Origin: Flavobacteriales bacterium
GTDB lineage: Bacteria; Bacteroidota; Bacteroidia; Flavobacteriales_F; PHOS-HE28
Direction: 5' to 3'
Length of the DNA: 64,000 nt
Assembly (NCBI GenBank): GCA_019912395.1
Contig: JAIOIH010000085.1
Span: 1,353 to 65,352, forward strand
Shown here: positions 18,406 to 28,450 of the stretch, in pieces
Layout of the letters: each line of letters begins with the position of its first letter
Position numbering within the stretch: position 1 is the first letter of the stretch
Translations under genes and position numbers: made by a program
The notes under the pieces: generated by a model
The model's database searches: none
What the model was told of the DNA's origin: nothing
The model's input: the letters and a program-made list of their open reading frames with translations, nothing else

Positions 18406-18528
18406 AACCGCCACGACGCAAGGAGCGCCAAGGCTTCGCCACGTGAGGCCTTTCGGGTCAAAGGCTCGGTTGGCACTATTCCAATTTGTGTGGCGGTTTC
18501 GTTGCGCACGTTCCCTCGTTCCGGTGAA
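18406..18528. repeat. Inverted pair of degenerate ~9-mer (CGCAAnGAn) tandem repeats
   Basis: AACCGCCACGACGCAAGGAGCGCCAAG...(18406-18443) faces its approximate reverse complement (18488-18528). A single arm is also present at 37797-37833. Confidence 0.6.
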
Positions 18529-18555
18529 CAAAACCTTGTCCACTTGTCGCAGAGG

Positions 18556-19419
18556 TCACGATCCGCTTGCACTGGGCCTATCCTCACCCACCCAAACGAT
18601 CCCCTGCTCCTCGATCCGCACCTTCCGGTCCTTGTACAGCGCTCCCAAGGCTTTCTTGAATGCCTTCTTGCTGATCCCGAACAGGCGGTAGATCTCCTCC
18701 GGCGAGCTTTTGTCCGTTAGCGGCAGAAAGCCCTCGTGCTGTTGCAAGCGCTTCGCCAGCAGCTCCACGTTCACATCGTTGTAGTGCGTGTAGCCGATCG
18801 CCTGCAGCGTGATGTCCAGCTTGTTGTCCGGACGCACCGTCTTGATGAAGCCGGTGATGCGGTCGCCGGTGGAGATGGGCCGGAAGACCTCGTTGGCGTG
18901 CACCAGGCCCTGGTGCTTACCGTTCACGATCACGGACCAACCGAGGTCACTGCGGCCGAAGACGAGCAATTCCACTTCATCGCCTTCCGCCACCGTCAGC
19001 ACCGAATTGTCCAGATGGCGTTCGATGCGCGTGCTGCCGTAGAGGCGGTCGGTCTGCTCGTCCAGCGCCATGTAGGTCACGTACCAGCGGCCTTCCTCCA
19101 ACTTCTTCTGTTGCTCCCGGAAGGGTACCAGCAGGTCCTTTTCCACCCCCCATTCCATGAAGGCGCCGAGCATGCTCACCTGGTTCACCCGCAGCGAAGC
19201 GAACTCGCCGATGTGGATCTTCGGCTCCAGCGTGGTGGCGATCTGGCGGTCCTCCGAGTCGCGGTAAACGAAGACGCGCAGGGTTTCGCCCTGGTCAAAA
19301 TGCGGCGGACAGTACTTGTTGGGCAATAGCACCTCACCCTCCTCGCCATCGCCGAGGAAAAGACCCACGCTGGTGCTGCGCAGGATGATGAGTTCTTGGT
19401 GTTGGCCGGTGTGGATCAC
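18556..19419 (-). CDS. S1 RNA-binding domain protein, CvfB family
   Basis: VLLPNKY, FVYRDSEDR, EWGVEKDLLVPFREQ, C-terminal DKSSPEEI...ISKKAFKKALGALYK. Confidence 0.9.
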   Translation of the reverse strand: MIHTGQHQELIILRSTSVGLFLGDGEEGEVLLPNKYCPPHFDQGETLRVFVYRDSEDRQIATTLEPKIHIGEFASLRVNQVSMLGAFMEWGVEKDLLVPFREQQKKLEEGRWYVTYMALDEQTDRLYGSTRIERHLDNSVLTVAEGDEVELLVFGRSDLGWSVIVNGKHQGLVHANEVFRPISTGDRITGFIKTVRPDNKLDITLQAIGYTHYNDVNVELLAKRLQQHEGFLPLTDKSSPEEIYRLFGISKKAFKKALGALYKDRKVRIEEQGIVWVGEDRPSASGS

Positions 19420-19568
19420 GAGGGGCGAAAGTTAACGGGACCTGAAGGGATATTATTAAAGGTCCTTGCGCCAAGAAACGCGACGGGATCATCCCCATCT
19501 CTAGACTGCAGGACATACCGGCACGGTCATTGCCAAGCACCTACCTTCACGCACTAACAAAACAACGC

Positions 19569-20216
19569 ATGATATTTCGCACCCTTTTGGCCACCGGCCT
19601 GCTGGCGGCAGTTTCCTCCCTCCAAGCACAGGACTGGAGTTCCGACGTTTACCGCAGTGGTGAGCTCTATCCCGGTTACGTCATCGATGCTTCGGGAACG
19701 AAGATCGAGGGCTACATCAAGTATCAGAATCGATACACGATGCAGAATGAGGTGCAGTTCTACACGGACAAGGACGACAAGAAGAGCAAGGAGAAGTACA
19801 AGACGAGCGACCTCACTGAATACAAGGTGGCGGACAAGCTCTACCACTGCATTCATTACTCCGGAGGGCTGATGTCCAAGCCGGTGCGGGCCAATCTGGT
19901 GGTGACCGAGGGATGCATCACGGAGTACGTCTGGTACAACCGCGCGGACAATTACGCCATCATGCAGAAAGGGGCCAGCGAGACCGAGGAGGAGTTCATG
20001 GCACGCATGTACCCGAGCGTGATGGTGTTCAAGAAGAAGGGCGATGACGAGGTTCGTTCCTTGGACCAATTTGCCATGAAGTTCGCCAGCAAAATGAGTG
20101 AATACGTCAGTGACAACGCCGAGCTCTCCAAGAAGGTCGCGGACAAGGAAAAGGGCTACGGAATGCTGAACATTCAGCCCATCATCGCGGAGTACAACGC
20201 GGCTTGCACCGACTGA
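19569..20216 (+). CDS. Secreted hypothetical protein
   Basis: Signal peptide ending LQAQ; host-like codon usage. Confidence 0.75.
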   Translation: MIFRTLLATGLLAAVSSLQAQDWSSDVYRSGELYPGYVIDASGTKIEGYIKYQNRYTMQNEVQFYTDKDDKKSKEKYKTSDLTEYKVADKLYHCIHYSGGLMSKPVRANLVVTEGCITEYVWYNRADNYAIMQKGASETEEEFMARMYPSVMVFKKKGDDEVRSLDQFAMKFASKMSEYVSDNAELSKKVADKEKGYGMLNIQPIIAEYNAACTD

Positions 20217-20217
20217 A

Positions 20218-21810
20218 GTGAAGGTCACCATCTCAATTGCCGCGTTGGTCCTGGGGACCGGCGTGGTGGCCCAAGAGCCGGTCTACCGTTGGGGGGCGCC
20301 CGCCACCAATGACCATACGGAACGGCGCATAGTGCAATTGCTCTCACTCGGCGATCAGGGCTTTGTGCTGCTGCGAACGGCGGAGGATGCCACCACGGTG
20401 AAGCACTACTGGCTGGAGCACTACGACGGAACGCTGCGCCAGACCGGTACGCAGGCGGTGCTGTTCAACGGAGGCGTTATGGGCGATGCCTTTTTCCTGG
20501 ACGCAGTGCGCTCCATCAACGGGGCACTCTTCGCCATGGTGAGCCATTGGGACAAGGCGGCTGGTGAGCACTCCTTGGCCATGCACACGCTCGGGTCGGA
20601 CGGTGTGCTCGGGGAAGGTCGCGTCCTGGACGTGATCAAGGCCGAAAAAATGGGCAACCGCGGCAACTTCATCACCGCCTTCAGTCCGGACGGCAACAAG
20701 CTGCTCGTGCTCTCGGAGCTGCCGTTTGAAAAGAAGGCCATGGAACAAGTGCGCCTCACGTGCTTGAGCCTGCCGAAATACGAGCAGCTTTGGCAACAGG
20801 AAAAGACCTTGGAATGGGAAGCCGATAGAGGTGCCCGTAATGAGGTGGTGTTGGATAATGCCGGGCATGCCTACCTGTTCAAGGAGACCTGGCAGAAGCC
20901 GGCCTGGGAATATGCCCTCTATGCCGTGGACGGTACCGGTGGATGGAAAGCGCATCGCCCGGCCGGCCTGCCAGGGAAGCAAGTGGAGGACCATCGCATG
21001 GCCATTGGCCCCGACGGTAACTGCTACCTATTCGCACTCTACACCACCGAGCCTTCGGCCTACAACAAGACGGTACACGGCAGCTGGTACGCACGCTTCG
21101 CTTCCAACGGATCGCTTGCGTTGGATAGGGTGGAGCCGTTGACCCGGGACATGGTCGCGGACCTCAGCGGGAACCGCGTGGCAGACAAGGAGGCTGGCGG
21201 CCATGTGGACGACCTGCACATCAAGGATATCCTGTACCGCACGGACGGGAAGTTCCTGGTACTGCTGGAGCAAATGGAGAGTTCAAGCAAGATGGTCGCG
21301 GGATCCTCCCCGATCCAGTTCACCTACGGCTGGGATTATCGGGATGCGGTGGCGCTTTGCGTGGAGCCTCGAAGCGGGGAGCCACAGTGGTGGCAGCACG
21401 TTGAAAAGCACCAAGAGCTGCGCAGCAATACTTCGGTGGATGAATACGGCTCGTTCGTGTACCACCTGAAGGAGGACCGCCTCTATGTCCTGTGGAACAA
21501 TACGGACCTCAGCGTGCCGTCGATACCGGCAGCCAACTGGACGGAACCCGATGGAACGCGCTATGTGAAGAACAAGGCCTTCGACAGCAAGACCGTGCAT
21601 GCCACCTTCATGCAGGTGATCGAGCCCGATGGCGCTCTGGCCTACGCGGACCGGAAATTCGGTCTACCGCTTTTCCACCTGCACGAAGGTGCCGTGTTCG
21701 AGATGAGCCTGACCACCCCGTTCTTCTTCGACCTGCACGGTGATCTGGTGGTGCTGGCGATGATGCACAACGGCGGCAAGCGCTATCGGTTCGGCTTTAT
21801 CGGACTTTAA
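20218..21810 (+). CDS. Secreted hypothetical protein (beta-rich, possibly propeller)
   Basis: 530-aa ORF with signal peptide, FSPDGNKLLV motif; starts immediately after the upstream stop. Confidence 0.75.
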   Translation: MKVTISIAALVLGTGVVAQEPVYRWGAPATNDHTERRIVQLLSLGDQGFVLLRTAEDATTVKHYWLEHYDGTLRQTGTQAVLFNGGVMGDAFFLDAVRSINGALFAMVSHWDKAAGEHSLAMHTLGSDGVLGEGRVLDVIKAEKMGNRGNFITAFSPDGNKLLVLSELPFEKKAMEQVRLTCLSLPKYEQLWQQEKTLEWEADRGARNEVVLDNAGHAYLFKETWQKPAWEYALYAVDGTGGWKAHRPAGLPGKQVEDHRMAIGPDGNCYLFALYTTEPSAYNKTVHGSWYARFASNGSLALDRVEPLTRDMVADLSGNRVADKEAGGHVDDLHIKDILYRTDGKFLVLLEQMESSSKMVAGSSPIQFTYGWDYRDAVALCVEPRSGEPQWWQHVEKHQELRSNTSVDEYGSFVYHLKEDRLYVLWNNTDLSVPSIPAANWTEPDGTRYVKNKAFDSKTVHATFMQVIEPDGALAYADRKFGLPLFHLHEGAVFEMSLTTPFFFDLHGDLVVLAMMHNGGKRYRFGFIGL

Positions 21811-21843
21811 TGCGGCGTTGATGCGGTCAGTCTCGGGATCAGT

Positions 21844-23190
21844 TCAACTGCTGGGAGCCACCCAAGCTTTATAGCCCACGGGCTTGGCGGTGGCTTCTGC
21901 CCCGAAGAAGCGCTCGAAGACCAGGCAGGCCGTGAGGTCGCCCGTCACGTTCACCGCGGTGCGGAACATGCCCAGGATGCGGTCGATGCCGATGATCACG
22001 ATCAGGCCATCGAGCGGAATGCCCACGCTCTGCAGCACGGAGGCGAGGATGATGACACCACCGCCGGGAATGGCCGGCGTACCGATGGAGGCGGCCACCA
22101 CCGTGAAGGTGATCAACACCAGGTTCACCAAGCTGAGCTCGATGCCGTATGCCTGCGCCATGAACAAGGTGGTGACGCACTGGAAGAGCGCGGTGCCGTC
22201 CATGTTCACCGTGGCACCAACAGGAATGATGAAGTCGCTGATGTGCGGCGATACGCCGAGCTTCTGGTTGGCGGTCTTCATGGATACCGGCATCACCGCT
22301 GCGGAACTGGCTGTGGAAAAGGCCAGCAATTGCGGTTCGCGGATGGCACCGAAGAATTTGAAGGGGTTCTTTTTCGCCACCAGGAAGACGATCAGCATGT
22401 AGCACGCCAAGAGGATCGCCAGGCCGGTGACCACCACGATCATGTAATAGCCCAGCCCCAGGAAGATCTCCATCCCGATCCGCGAGACCAGCGCAGCCAT
22501 CAGGCCGAACACGGCATAAGGGACGAGCATCATGGCCCAGGAGACCACGATCATGCAGATCTTCTGCAGGGCCTCGGTGAAGCGGATCAGCGGGCGGGCG
22601 GTCTCCTCCCGCAGTTGGGTGATGGCCACGCCGATGATGATGGTGAAGATCACCACGCCCAGCATCTCACCCATCAGGATGGACTCCAGCGGATTGTTCG
22701 GGATCAAATTGGAGATCGCCTTGGGGATGTTCTCCGCCAGACCGACCTGCGCCTCCGGGATCAGCTCCTCGCCACCGCTGTTGGGCAGGCCACCCAGGGA
22801 GCGCACGTACGCGCCGGGCTTCATGATCAGCGCCACCCCAAGCCCGATGGTGATGGCGATGGTGGTGGAGAGGATGAAGTAGGACAGCAGCCAAAGGCCG
22901 AAGGTCTTCAGGTTGTCCGAAGTGTTGCCCACGATCCCGGAGATGATGGAAGCGAAGATCAAGGGGATCATCACCATCTGGACCAAGCGCATGAACACAT
23001 GCCCGGGAAGGTCCAGCCAGTTGGCCAGCCAGGCCCCAAAGCTCTCGGAGACCAGACCCGTGGAGGGATTCAGCAGGACCCCCACTCCCGAACCCAAAAC
23101 GAGCCCGATGATCACCTTGAGCCAAAGACGACCCTCGGTCAATCGATCCAGGTAGATGGCCAAGGTGGTCAAAGGCCGGAATCTCAACAT
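21844..23190 (-). CDS. Dicarboxylate/amino acid:cation symporter (DAACS)
   Basis: AFSTASSAAVMP, GATVNMDGTAL, DRILGMFRTAVNVTGD. Confidence 0.95.
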   Translation of the reverse strand: MLRFRPLTTLAIYLDRLTEGRLWLKVIIGLVLGSGVGVLLNPSTGLVSESFGAWLANWLDLPGHVFMRLVQMVMIPLIFASIISGIVGNTSDNLKTFGLWLLSYFILSTTIAITIGLGVALIMKPGAYVRSLGGLPNSGGEELIPEAQVGLAENIPKAISNLIPNNPLESILMGEMLGVVIFTIIIGVAITQLREETARPLIRFTEALQKICMIVVSWAMMLVPYAVFGLMAALVSRIGMEIFLGLGYYMIVVVTGLAILLACYMLIVFLVAKKNPFKFFGAIREPQLLAFSTASSAAVMPVSMKTANQKLGVSPHISDFIIPVGATVNMDGTALFQCVTTLFMAQAYGIELSLVNLVLITFTVVAASIGTPAIPGGGVIILASVLQSVGIPLDGLIVIIGIDRILGMFRTAVNVTGDLTACLVFERFFGAEATAKPVGYKAWVAPSS

Positions 23191-23385
23191 GACGTTCGGA
23201 TCGGAAGGGGTGCGTGCAAGTGAATGGTGATGGCAGCAATATATATCGCTCCGGACAGGTGATCACCCTTGCTGGAAGATGTTGCCTGCCGTTTTGCCGG
23301 TCTTGAGCAAGCCAACAATGGCGGGAAGGACCATGAACTCAACCCGCGCTAGCGTGCGGCTCTTTACCGAGTGCCTTGCCAACTC

Positions 23386-23943
23386 TCACACCCGCAACAC
23401 CCCACGAAAGCCCCGCGCCGCATAGTACGAATGCGCTCCATTGTGGTAGGTGAACACATGGCCGTAGCGGCGGTCGCAGAAGAGCGCGCCGCCGAGCTTG
23501 CGGATCGCAGGCGGTGTGAGCACCCAGCTCGAGGTCTTCAGGTCGAACTCGCCGAGCTTTTGCAGTTCGCGGTATTGCTCTTCCGTCATTAGTTCGATGC
23601 CCATCTCAGCGGCCATGTCCACTGCGCTATTGGCAGGCCGGTGTTCCTTCCGGCTCTCCAGGCCTTCGCGGTCGTAGCAGATGCTGCGTCGCCCTTTCGG
23701 ACTTTCCGCCGAGCAATCCATGAAGATGAGCGCGCCGCTCTTCTTGTCGTGGCCCACAACGTCCGGTTCGCCGCCGGTCTCCTCCATGGCATCCAGTGCG
23801 CGCTGCTTTTCCGGATGTGCTTTCAGCCTCGTTTCCACTTCAGCCCATTGCACGCCTTTGTGGCGGTGCATGTTCTGCTCGAAACGAGTTTGCAATGCTT
23901 GAAGCAAGGCATGTCGTTGTTCCGCTGGAAGGCTTCTGCTCAT
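23386..23943 (-). CDS. DUF4256 family protein
   Basis: MEETGGEPDVV, DCSAESPKGRRSICYD, FDLKTSSW, YHNGAHSYYAARGFRG. Confidence 0.85.
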   Translation of the reverse strand: MSRSLPAEQRHALLQALQTRFEQNMHRHKGVQWAEVETRLKAHPEKQRALDAMEETGGEPDVVGHDKKSGALIFMDCSAESPKGRRSICYDREGLESRKEHRPANSAVDMAAEMGIELMTEEQYRELQKLGEFDLKTSSWVLTPPAIRKLGGALFCDRRYGHVFTYHNGAHSYYAARGFRGVLRV

Positions 23944-23995
23944 TGGATCCGGTATCGCGATTTTTGAGAGGAAGTGGTCGGCCTTTGGATGCACG

Positions 23996-25711
23996 CTACC
24001 ATCCGCCTCCGCCTCCGCCGCCGCCGCCACCGCCGGAGAACCCGCCTCCACCGGAACCTCCGCTGCTGGAGGGAGGTGTGCTGGAGGACCGGAAGCTGTT
24101 CGAAAGCGAGCTGTTCATGTGTTGCGAGAACACGCCGTAGTTCATCACCGAACCGCTGTACCAAGTGGGATGGTAGCTCTGGTCCACCAAGGCCTTTCCG
24201 ATCATGTCCTGAAAGCGGTCGCCCCAGATCTTTTCCACCTTGAACGCGATGGCGTAGGGGAGATATTTCTCAAATATCTCCGGCGTTATCTGCGGGGGAT
24301 TGAAGTGCTGGAGCTGTTTTTCCTCCGCCGCGCTCAAGTACATTTTGAACCCCAGCAGCTGAGCCCGCAAGGCCTGCTTCTCACCGCTCGGCCTTTTGAT
24401 CAGATACGTGTACAACAGGAACAGAAGGATGTTCACCACCACGAAAGCGATCAAGTAGATCACATCGTTATCTCCCCAGAATGCATTGTGCATGACGAGA
24501 AGGATCACTGCGCATAGGATGACGGTAAGTATCGGGATCAGCCAGAACTTCACGTTGTTGCCCTTGTTCAGCAATGCGTTCCACTGCGAGGTGAGCGCTT
24601 TCTTGAACGAGGTGGCCATGTTCTTCACCTGCACATCATAGGTGCCGTCAAAGTCAAAGCTCTTTTGGCCTCCGCCATACATGCGATCGTAGATGTCCTG
24701 CTCCTCCTTGGGCAGGCCCACAGCGTCATTCAACTTCACGATGGAATAGGTCTGCTTGGTGATCAGGCCCAGCAGCTGTTTCTCCTTGTGCTCATCGATC
24801 CGGACCAGTCCTTTCACGGCCAGGTTGATCATCGCAGGGGTGATCAACGAATTCTGGAAACCTCCGTCGATCACCATGCCCACGGAAGCGGGGGACATGT
24901 TCCCTGGCGGTTCGAACAACGGGATCACGGTGGGCATGTCCGGGTCCTTCCCGAAGCGGAACCACGTGATGAAATAGTAGAGCAGGAGCAGCAGGGTGAT
25001 GGCACCTGCGACCAGCGGCACGGCAAATTGCTCGAAGAACGTCGGCGGCGGGGGCGGGGCTACCACGCCCTTTTGGAATCCCACGGCCACGGTCATCCCT
25101 TCATAGGGGTACAAGCTGCGCCCTTGGAAATTGACGGTGGGTCCATCGGCTTCGGACGCGGTGCAATCGCTGGCCGTGGAGCCGTAGCTGCCCGTATAGC
25201 ATGCGGTCTGCTTCACCTGGGCCGAGGCCGGCAGATGAACGCTCGCCGAAATGCTATCGACCGCGAAGTTCCAGCCGTTGCCGTTGACGTTCCAGTAGAT
25301 CTCATCATAGTCTTCGAAGAAACCCACTTGTCCTTTTGTGGTGTACGTGATCCGGTACCGGTAGTCCCCGGGCCGGAGCAAGGTGTTCTTGTCGCCGACA
25401 TAAATGAGGAGGTTCCCGCCTTCCCTCTTGGTGAAGTAGGGAGCGTCCGCACCGTCCATCCGGACCTCGCTGACGTCATACCTCACTTTTGTCTTCCTGC
25501 CGTTGTGGTCCTCGAACGAAAGCGGCAGCGTACGCACGATCCCGCGCTTGAACTCGATGCCCTCCACGTGCGCATTGATGATTTCCGTCAGCGTCAATCG
25601 CCCATCGGGGGCAACGGTGAGGTCCGTGTGGAAGGAATTGAGCTTTTCATGCTGGCCGTACGTGGGCAGCACGCCAAGCACGAAGGCCAGCAGCAGCCAG
25701 CTCCGCATCAC
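23996..25711 (-). CDS. DUF2207 family membrane protein
   Basis: DYDEIYWNVNGNGW, FEKYLPYAIAF, C-terminal SGGGGFSGGGGGGGGGGGW; overlaps the lemA stop. Confidence 0.92.
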   Translation of the reverse strand: MMRSWLLLAFVLGVLPTYGQHEKLNSFHTDLTVAPDGRLTLTEIINAHVEGIEFKRGIVRTLPLSFEDHNGRKTKVRYDVSEVRMDGADAPYFTKREGGNLLIYVGDKNTLLRPGDYRYRITYTTKGQVGFFEDYDEIYWNVNGNGWNFAVDSISASVHLPASAQVKQTACYTGSYGSTASDCTASEADGPTVNFQGRSLYPYEGMTVAVGFQKGVVAPPPPPTFFEQFAVPLVAGAITLLLLLYYFITWFRFGKDPDMPTVIPLFEPPGNMSPASVGMVIDGGFQNSLITPAMINLAVKGLVRIDEHKEKQLLGLITKQTYSIVKLNDAVGLPKEEQDIYDRMYGGGQKSFDFDGTYDVQVKNMATSFKKALTSQWNALLNKGNNVKFWLIPILTVILCAVILLVMHNAFWGDNDVIYLIAFVVVNILLFLLYTYLIKRPSGEKQALRAQLLGFKMYLSAAEEKQLQHFNPPQITPEIFEKYLPYAIAFKVEKIWGDRFQDMIGKALVDQSYHPTWYSGSVMNYGVFSQHMNSSLSNSFRSSSTPPSSSGGSGGGGFSGGGGGGGGGGGW

Positions 25712-26265
25712 GAGAACTTGACGGAAGGTGCCTGCTTCTCGGCCTGGTCCTCCAGTTCGAAGAACGCGGACTTGGCGAAGCCGAACGCGTTTGCGACGAT
25801 GTTGCTCGGGAACGTTTCGATCAGCGTGTTCTGATCGCGCACATTGCCATTGTAGTACCGCCGCGATTTTTCGATATCACCTTCCACTTCGGCCAGCTTC
25901 TGTTGAAGGTCCAGGAAGCTGGCGTTCGCCTTCAGGTCCGGATAGCGTTCCGCCACCGCCATCAGGTTCACCAGCGAGCCTTTCAGTGCATTCTCCGCCG
26001 CCTGCTGGCCCTCCACCGTGGTGGCCTGCTGCGCTGCGGCCCGCGCACGGGTCACGTTCTCGAACGTCTCCTTCTCATGGGTGGCATAGCCCTTCACCGT
26101 CTCCACCAGATTCGGGATCAGGTCGTAGCGCTTCTTCAGCTGCACATCGATCCCGCTCCACGCCTCGGCCACCAGGTTCTTCAGCTTGACCAAGCGGTTG
26201 TAGATGCCAATGGCGTAGAAGGCCACGAGTACGACCAGTGCAACGAGAATGGCGATTGCTATCAT
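25708..26265 (-). CDS. lemA: LemA family protein
   Basis: AWSGIDVQLKKRYDLIPNLVETVKGYATHE, ERYPDLKA, RRYYN, FPSNIVA. Confidence 0.96.
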   Translation of the reverse strand: MIAIAILVALVVLVAFYAIGIYNRLVKLKNLVAEAWSGIDVQLKKRYDLIPNLVETVKGYATHEKETFENVTRARAAAQQATTVEGQQAAENALKGSLVNLMAVAERYPDLKANASFLDLQQKLAEVEGDIEKSRRYYNGNVRDQNTLIETFPSNIVANAFGFAKSAFFELEDQAEKQAPSVKFS

Positions 26266-26506
26266 GTGGTGGAGATTGGTCTTGGTGATGGAATGGACTC
26301 AGGCCCCAAGGATCGATCCGGCGCCGTTGAATGGAGATCGAAGATAGGGGGCTGTGCGAATTGGTCCTGAATTCCGTTCACGGACAGGGCCGGAGGACTG
26401 ACCGGTGCAAAGGCAACGGAGGGTCACGCCGCAAGTGGTTTTGGCTTACCTGAGCGCGGGTCATTCATGGTTGGCCGCCTGACGAAAGGGTGGTCAACGG
26501 TTTCCA

Positions 26507-27022
26507 CTAAGGATAATGCGGTAGAAACTGCCTTCCTTTCGCCATGCGCGGACGGTGCAGAACGAACCTGAGACCGACTGGCGTACAGTCGCACGCATTA
26601 GGTATAGCGGTTGTTGGTGGCTGTGGTTCTTTTTCATTCAGATACTGTCCAATTCCGTAGGTCAACTGAAAGCCAAACCCCAACTCTTCAGATGTGAAAT
26701 TCACGAACGGCTTGTCAGGGTCGTTATAAATTAAGAGTGCTCCAACTTTGTCTTTGCCGTCATACAAGTTCACTTGGATGTCCGCTTGGAATTTTCGTTG
26801 ATGTTCTGGTTGAACGTTTCGTTTTAAGATTTCCTTGAAATTGTCGATCTGTGCTTTTTCTAATTCAATAATTGTGTCTTGATTTATGTATTCAACAGTT
26901 ACGCGATTGACTTTGTCAACCGTACTGTAATAGTGAACTTTTCTTTCATCCATGCAGGAGCTGAAAACCACTAATGAAAACAGAACCCAAATGAAAGGAT
27001 TTTTCAAGCTGTCGCGTCCCAT
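26507..27022 (-). CDS. AT-rich hypothetical lipoprotein in a cassette-like segment
   Basis: LVVFSSC lipobox; AT-rich relative to the host; the C-terminal ~40 aa read through the putative cassette end. Confidence 0.65.
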   Translation of the reverse strand: MGRDSLKNPFIWVLFSLVVFSSCMDERKVHYYSTVDKVNRVTVEYINQDTIIELEKAQIDNFKEILKRNVQPEHQRKFQADIQVNLYDGKDKVGALLIYNDPDKPFVNFTSEELGFGFQLTYGIGQYLNEKEPQPPTTAIPNACDCTPVGLRFVLHRPRMAKGRQFLPHYP

Positions 27023-27041
27023 TTATATCATTGCCACCAAC
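26613..27041 (-). mobile_element. Putative orphan integron-like gene cassette
   Basis: Minus strand begins GTTGGTGGCAAT about 10 bp before the ATG. The AT-rich segment ends at the complementary GCCACCAAC (26613-26621). Confidence 0.55.
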
Positions 27042-27386
27042 TACTCGGTTGTACACATACGTGGTTTATTTCTCCTTCAGATTGTGAGGGGGAGTGGTTA
27101 TTATTTCACAATTGGGGAGTGAAAAGCCACATAGGGGCATCGCAGGTCCAAATTGCCCTGCGGACCGTGGGTCCTGCCAAATGCCGTTGTGCTGACATGG
27201 GTGCTTGCCTTGGAGGCATTGCTGGAACTGATGTCCAACAAATGCGAATGTAATGCAAGGACATGTCGGTAGAGCACACCGCCTCACCACCAAACCGACC
27301 TCGAAACTGGCGCGACCCTGGGTCTGCCAGCGATGGTATTTCGCGGTTCGCGGTCGTGACCTACAGCTTCCTCCACAGCGATCCGC

Positions 27387-27728
27387 TCAATACGCCAAGG
27401 CATCCAAAGTGTCCGCATAGGTAATGCCGAGGTGCGCTGCGACATGGACACACTTACCATCGCGGATCACCAAGACCTGCGGGGACTCATGCTCCACGCC
27501 GTAGCGCTCCGCGATGGCATTGGAGATGTCGCGATGGGCGAGCAGGTCCAGGTGGAAGATGGTTTGTGCGGCATCATCGGACGGGGTCCATGCGCGTTCC
27601 AAGCGGTTCAAGGCCCCGGAACTGATGTTGCACCGGGTGCTGTGCTTGAAGATGAGCACGGGCTTATGCCGTGATGCGGCATCGACCTCATCGAGCTGGG
27701 CAAGGGTGGTAAGTGGGATCCAATCCAT
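27387..27728 (-). CDS. ytxJ: YtxJ-like thioredoxin-fold protein
   Basis: LIFKHSTRCNISS, LDLLAHRDISNAIAERYGVEHESPQVL. Confidence 0.88.
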   Translation of the reverse strand: MDWIPLTTLAQLDEVDAASRHKPVLIFKHSTRCNISSGALNRLERAWTPSDDAAQTIFHLDLLAHRDISNAIAERYGVEHESPQVLVIRDGKCVHVAAHLGITYADTLDALAY

Positions 27729-27810
27729 GGATCCGAAGGTAGGGCACGCGCCCGGACAAGGCATTGATGATCATCATCCCAAATGCCCGAAGGGCTCATC
27801 GCGCCGACCG

Positions 27811-28323
27811 CTAGTTGGCCACGATGTCACCATCGCTCCGCCGGACCAGGCGGCGATCGTAGCGCACCTTCATCAGGCCTGTCCCGTTGAGGAAGCTGAT
27901 GATGCCCACGGGTGCGGCATAGTGCAGCCGCTTGTCCGGCAGCTCGGGGGTCATCTGCACGGCGAAGCGGAGCATCTTGTTCTTCCTCACCGCTTCGCGG
28001 GTGATGTTCGCATTGTGTGTGTCTACCAGGACCTCCTTGGTGAGGTAGCCATCCTTCTCGAAGCGGAGGTATGCCTTGTTGCCGGCCTCCAACACCAGTT
28101 CAAACCGACCGTTGGAATGCACCACCAAGGGTACGCAGTAGTGGTTGTCCACTTCCACCACTTCCAAGGTGCCACTGCGTGCGGTGTCGCTCACCAGCAC
28201 TTGGCCCCGGATCATAACCTTGTCGGTATGCTTCTGGGCCGAGCCGGTTGGTGCGATGCAGGTGGCGATGGCGAAAACGGCAACGAAGCGGAGACTTGGG
28301 CGGGGGAGGTTCCGGGTTTTCAT
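27811..28323 (-). CDS. Secreted hypothetical protein
   Basis: Signal peptide; NGRFEL...FEKDGYLTK resembles carboxypeptidase-regulatory-like beta-sandwich domains. Confidence 0.65.
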   Translation of the reverse strand: MKTRNLPRPSLRFVAVFAIATCIAPTGSAQKHTDKVMIRGQVLVSDTARSGTLEVVEVDNHYCVPLVVHSNGRFELVLEAGNKAYLRFEKDGYLTKEVLVDTHNANITREAVRKNKMLRFAVQMTPELPDKRLHYAAPVGIISFLNGTGLMKVRYDRRLVRRSDGDIVAN

Positions 28324-28450
28324 CGTTCGTGGTACTTGGAGTGCGACTACAGGTACAAAGCTCCGCACGCAACACTGCAGCTACAATACCCACAATTAAG
28401 GATTTTGATCCCCTCGCCGACGTGGTTACCCCGCACATGAGGCCACCTCC

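Noticed and set aside
23996..24080. GCC-rich low-complexity repeat
   Set aside because: It encodes the normal Gly/Ser-rich C-terminus of DUF2207 proteins.
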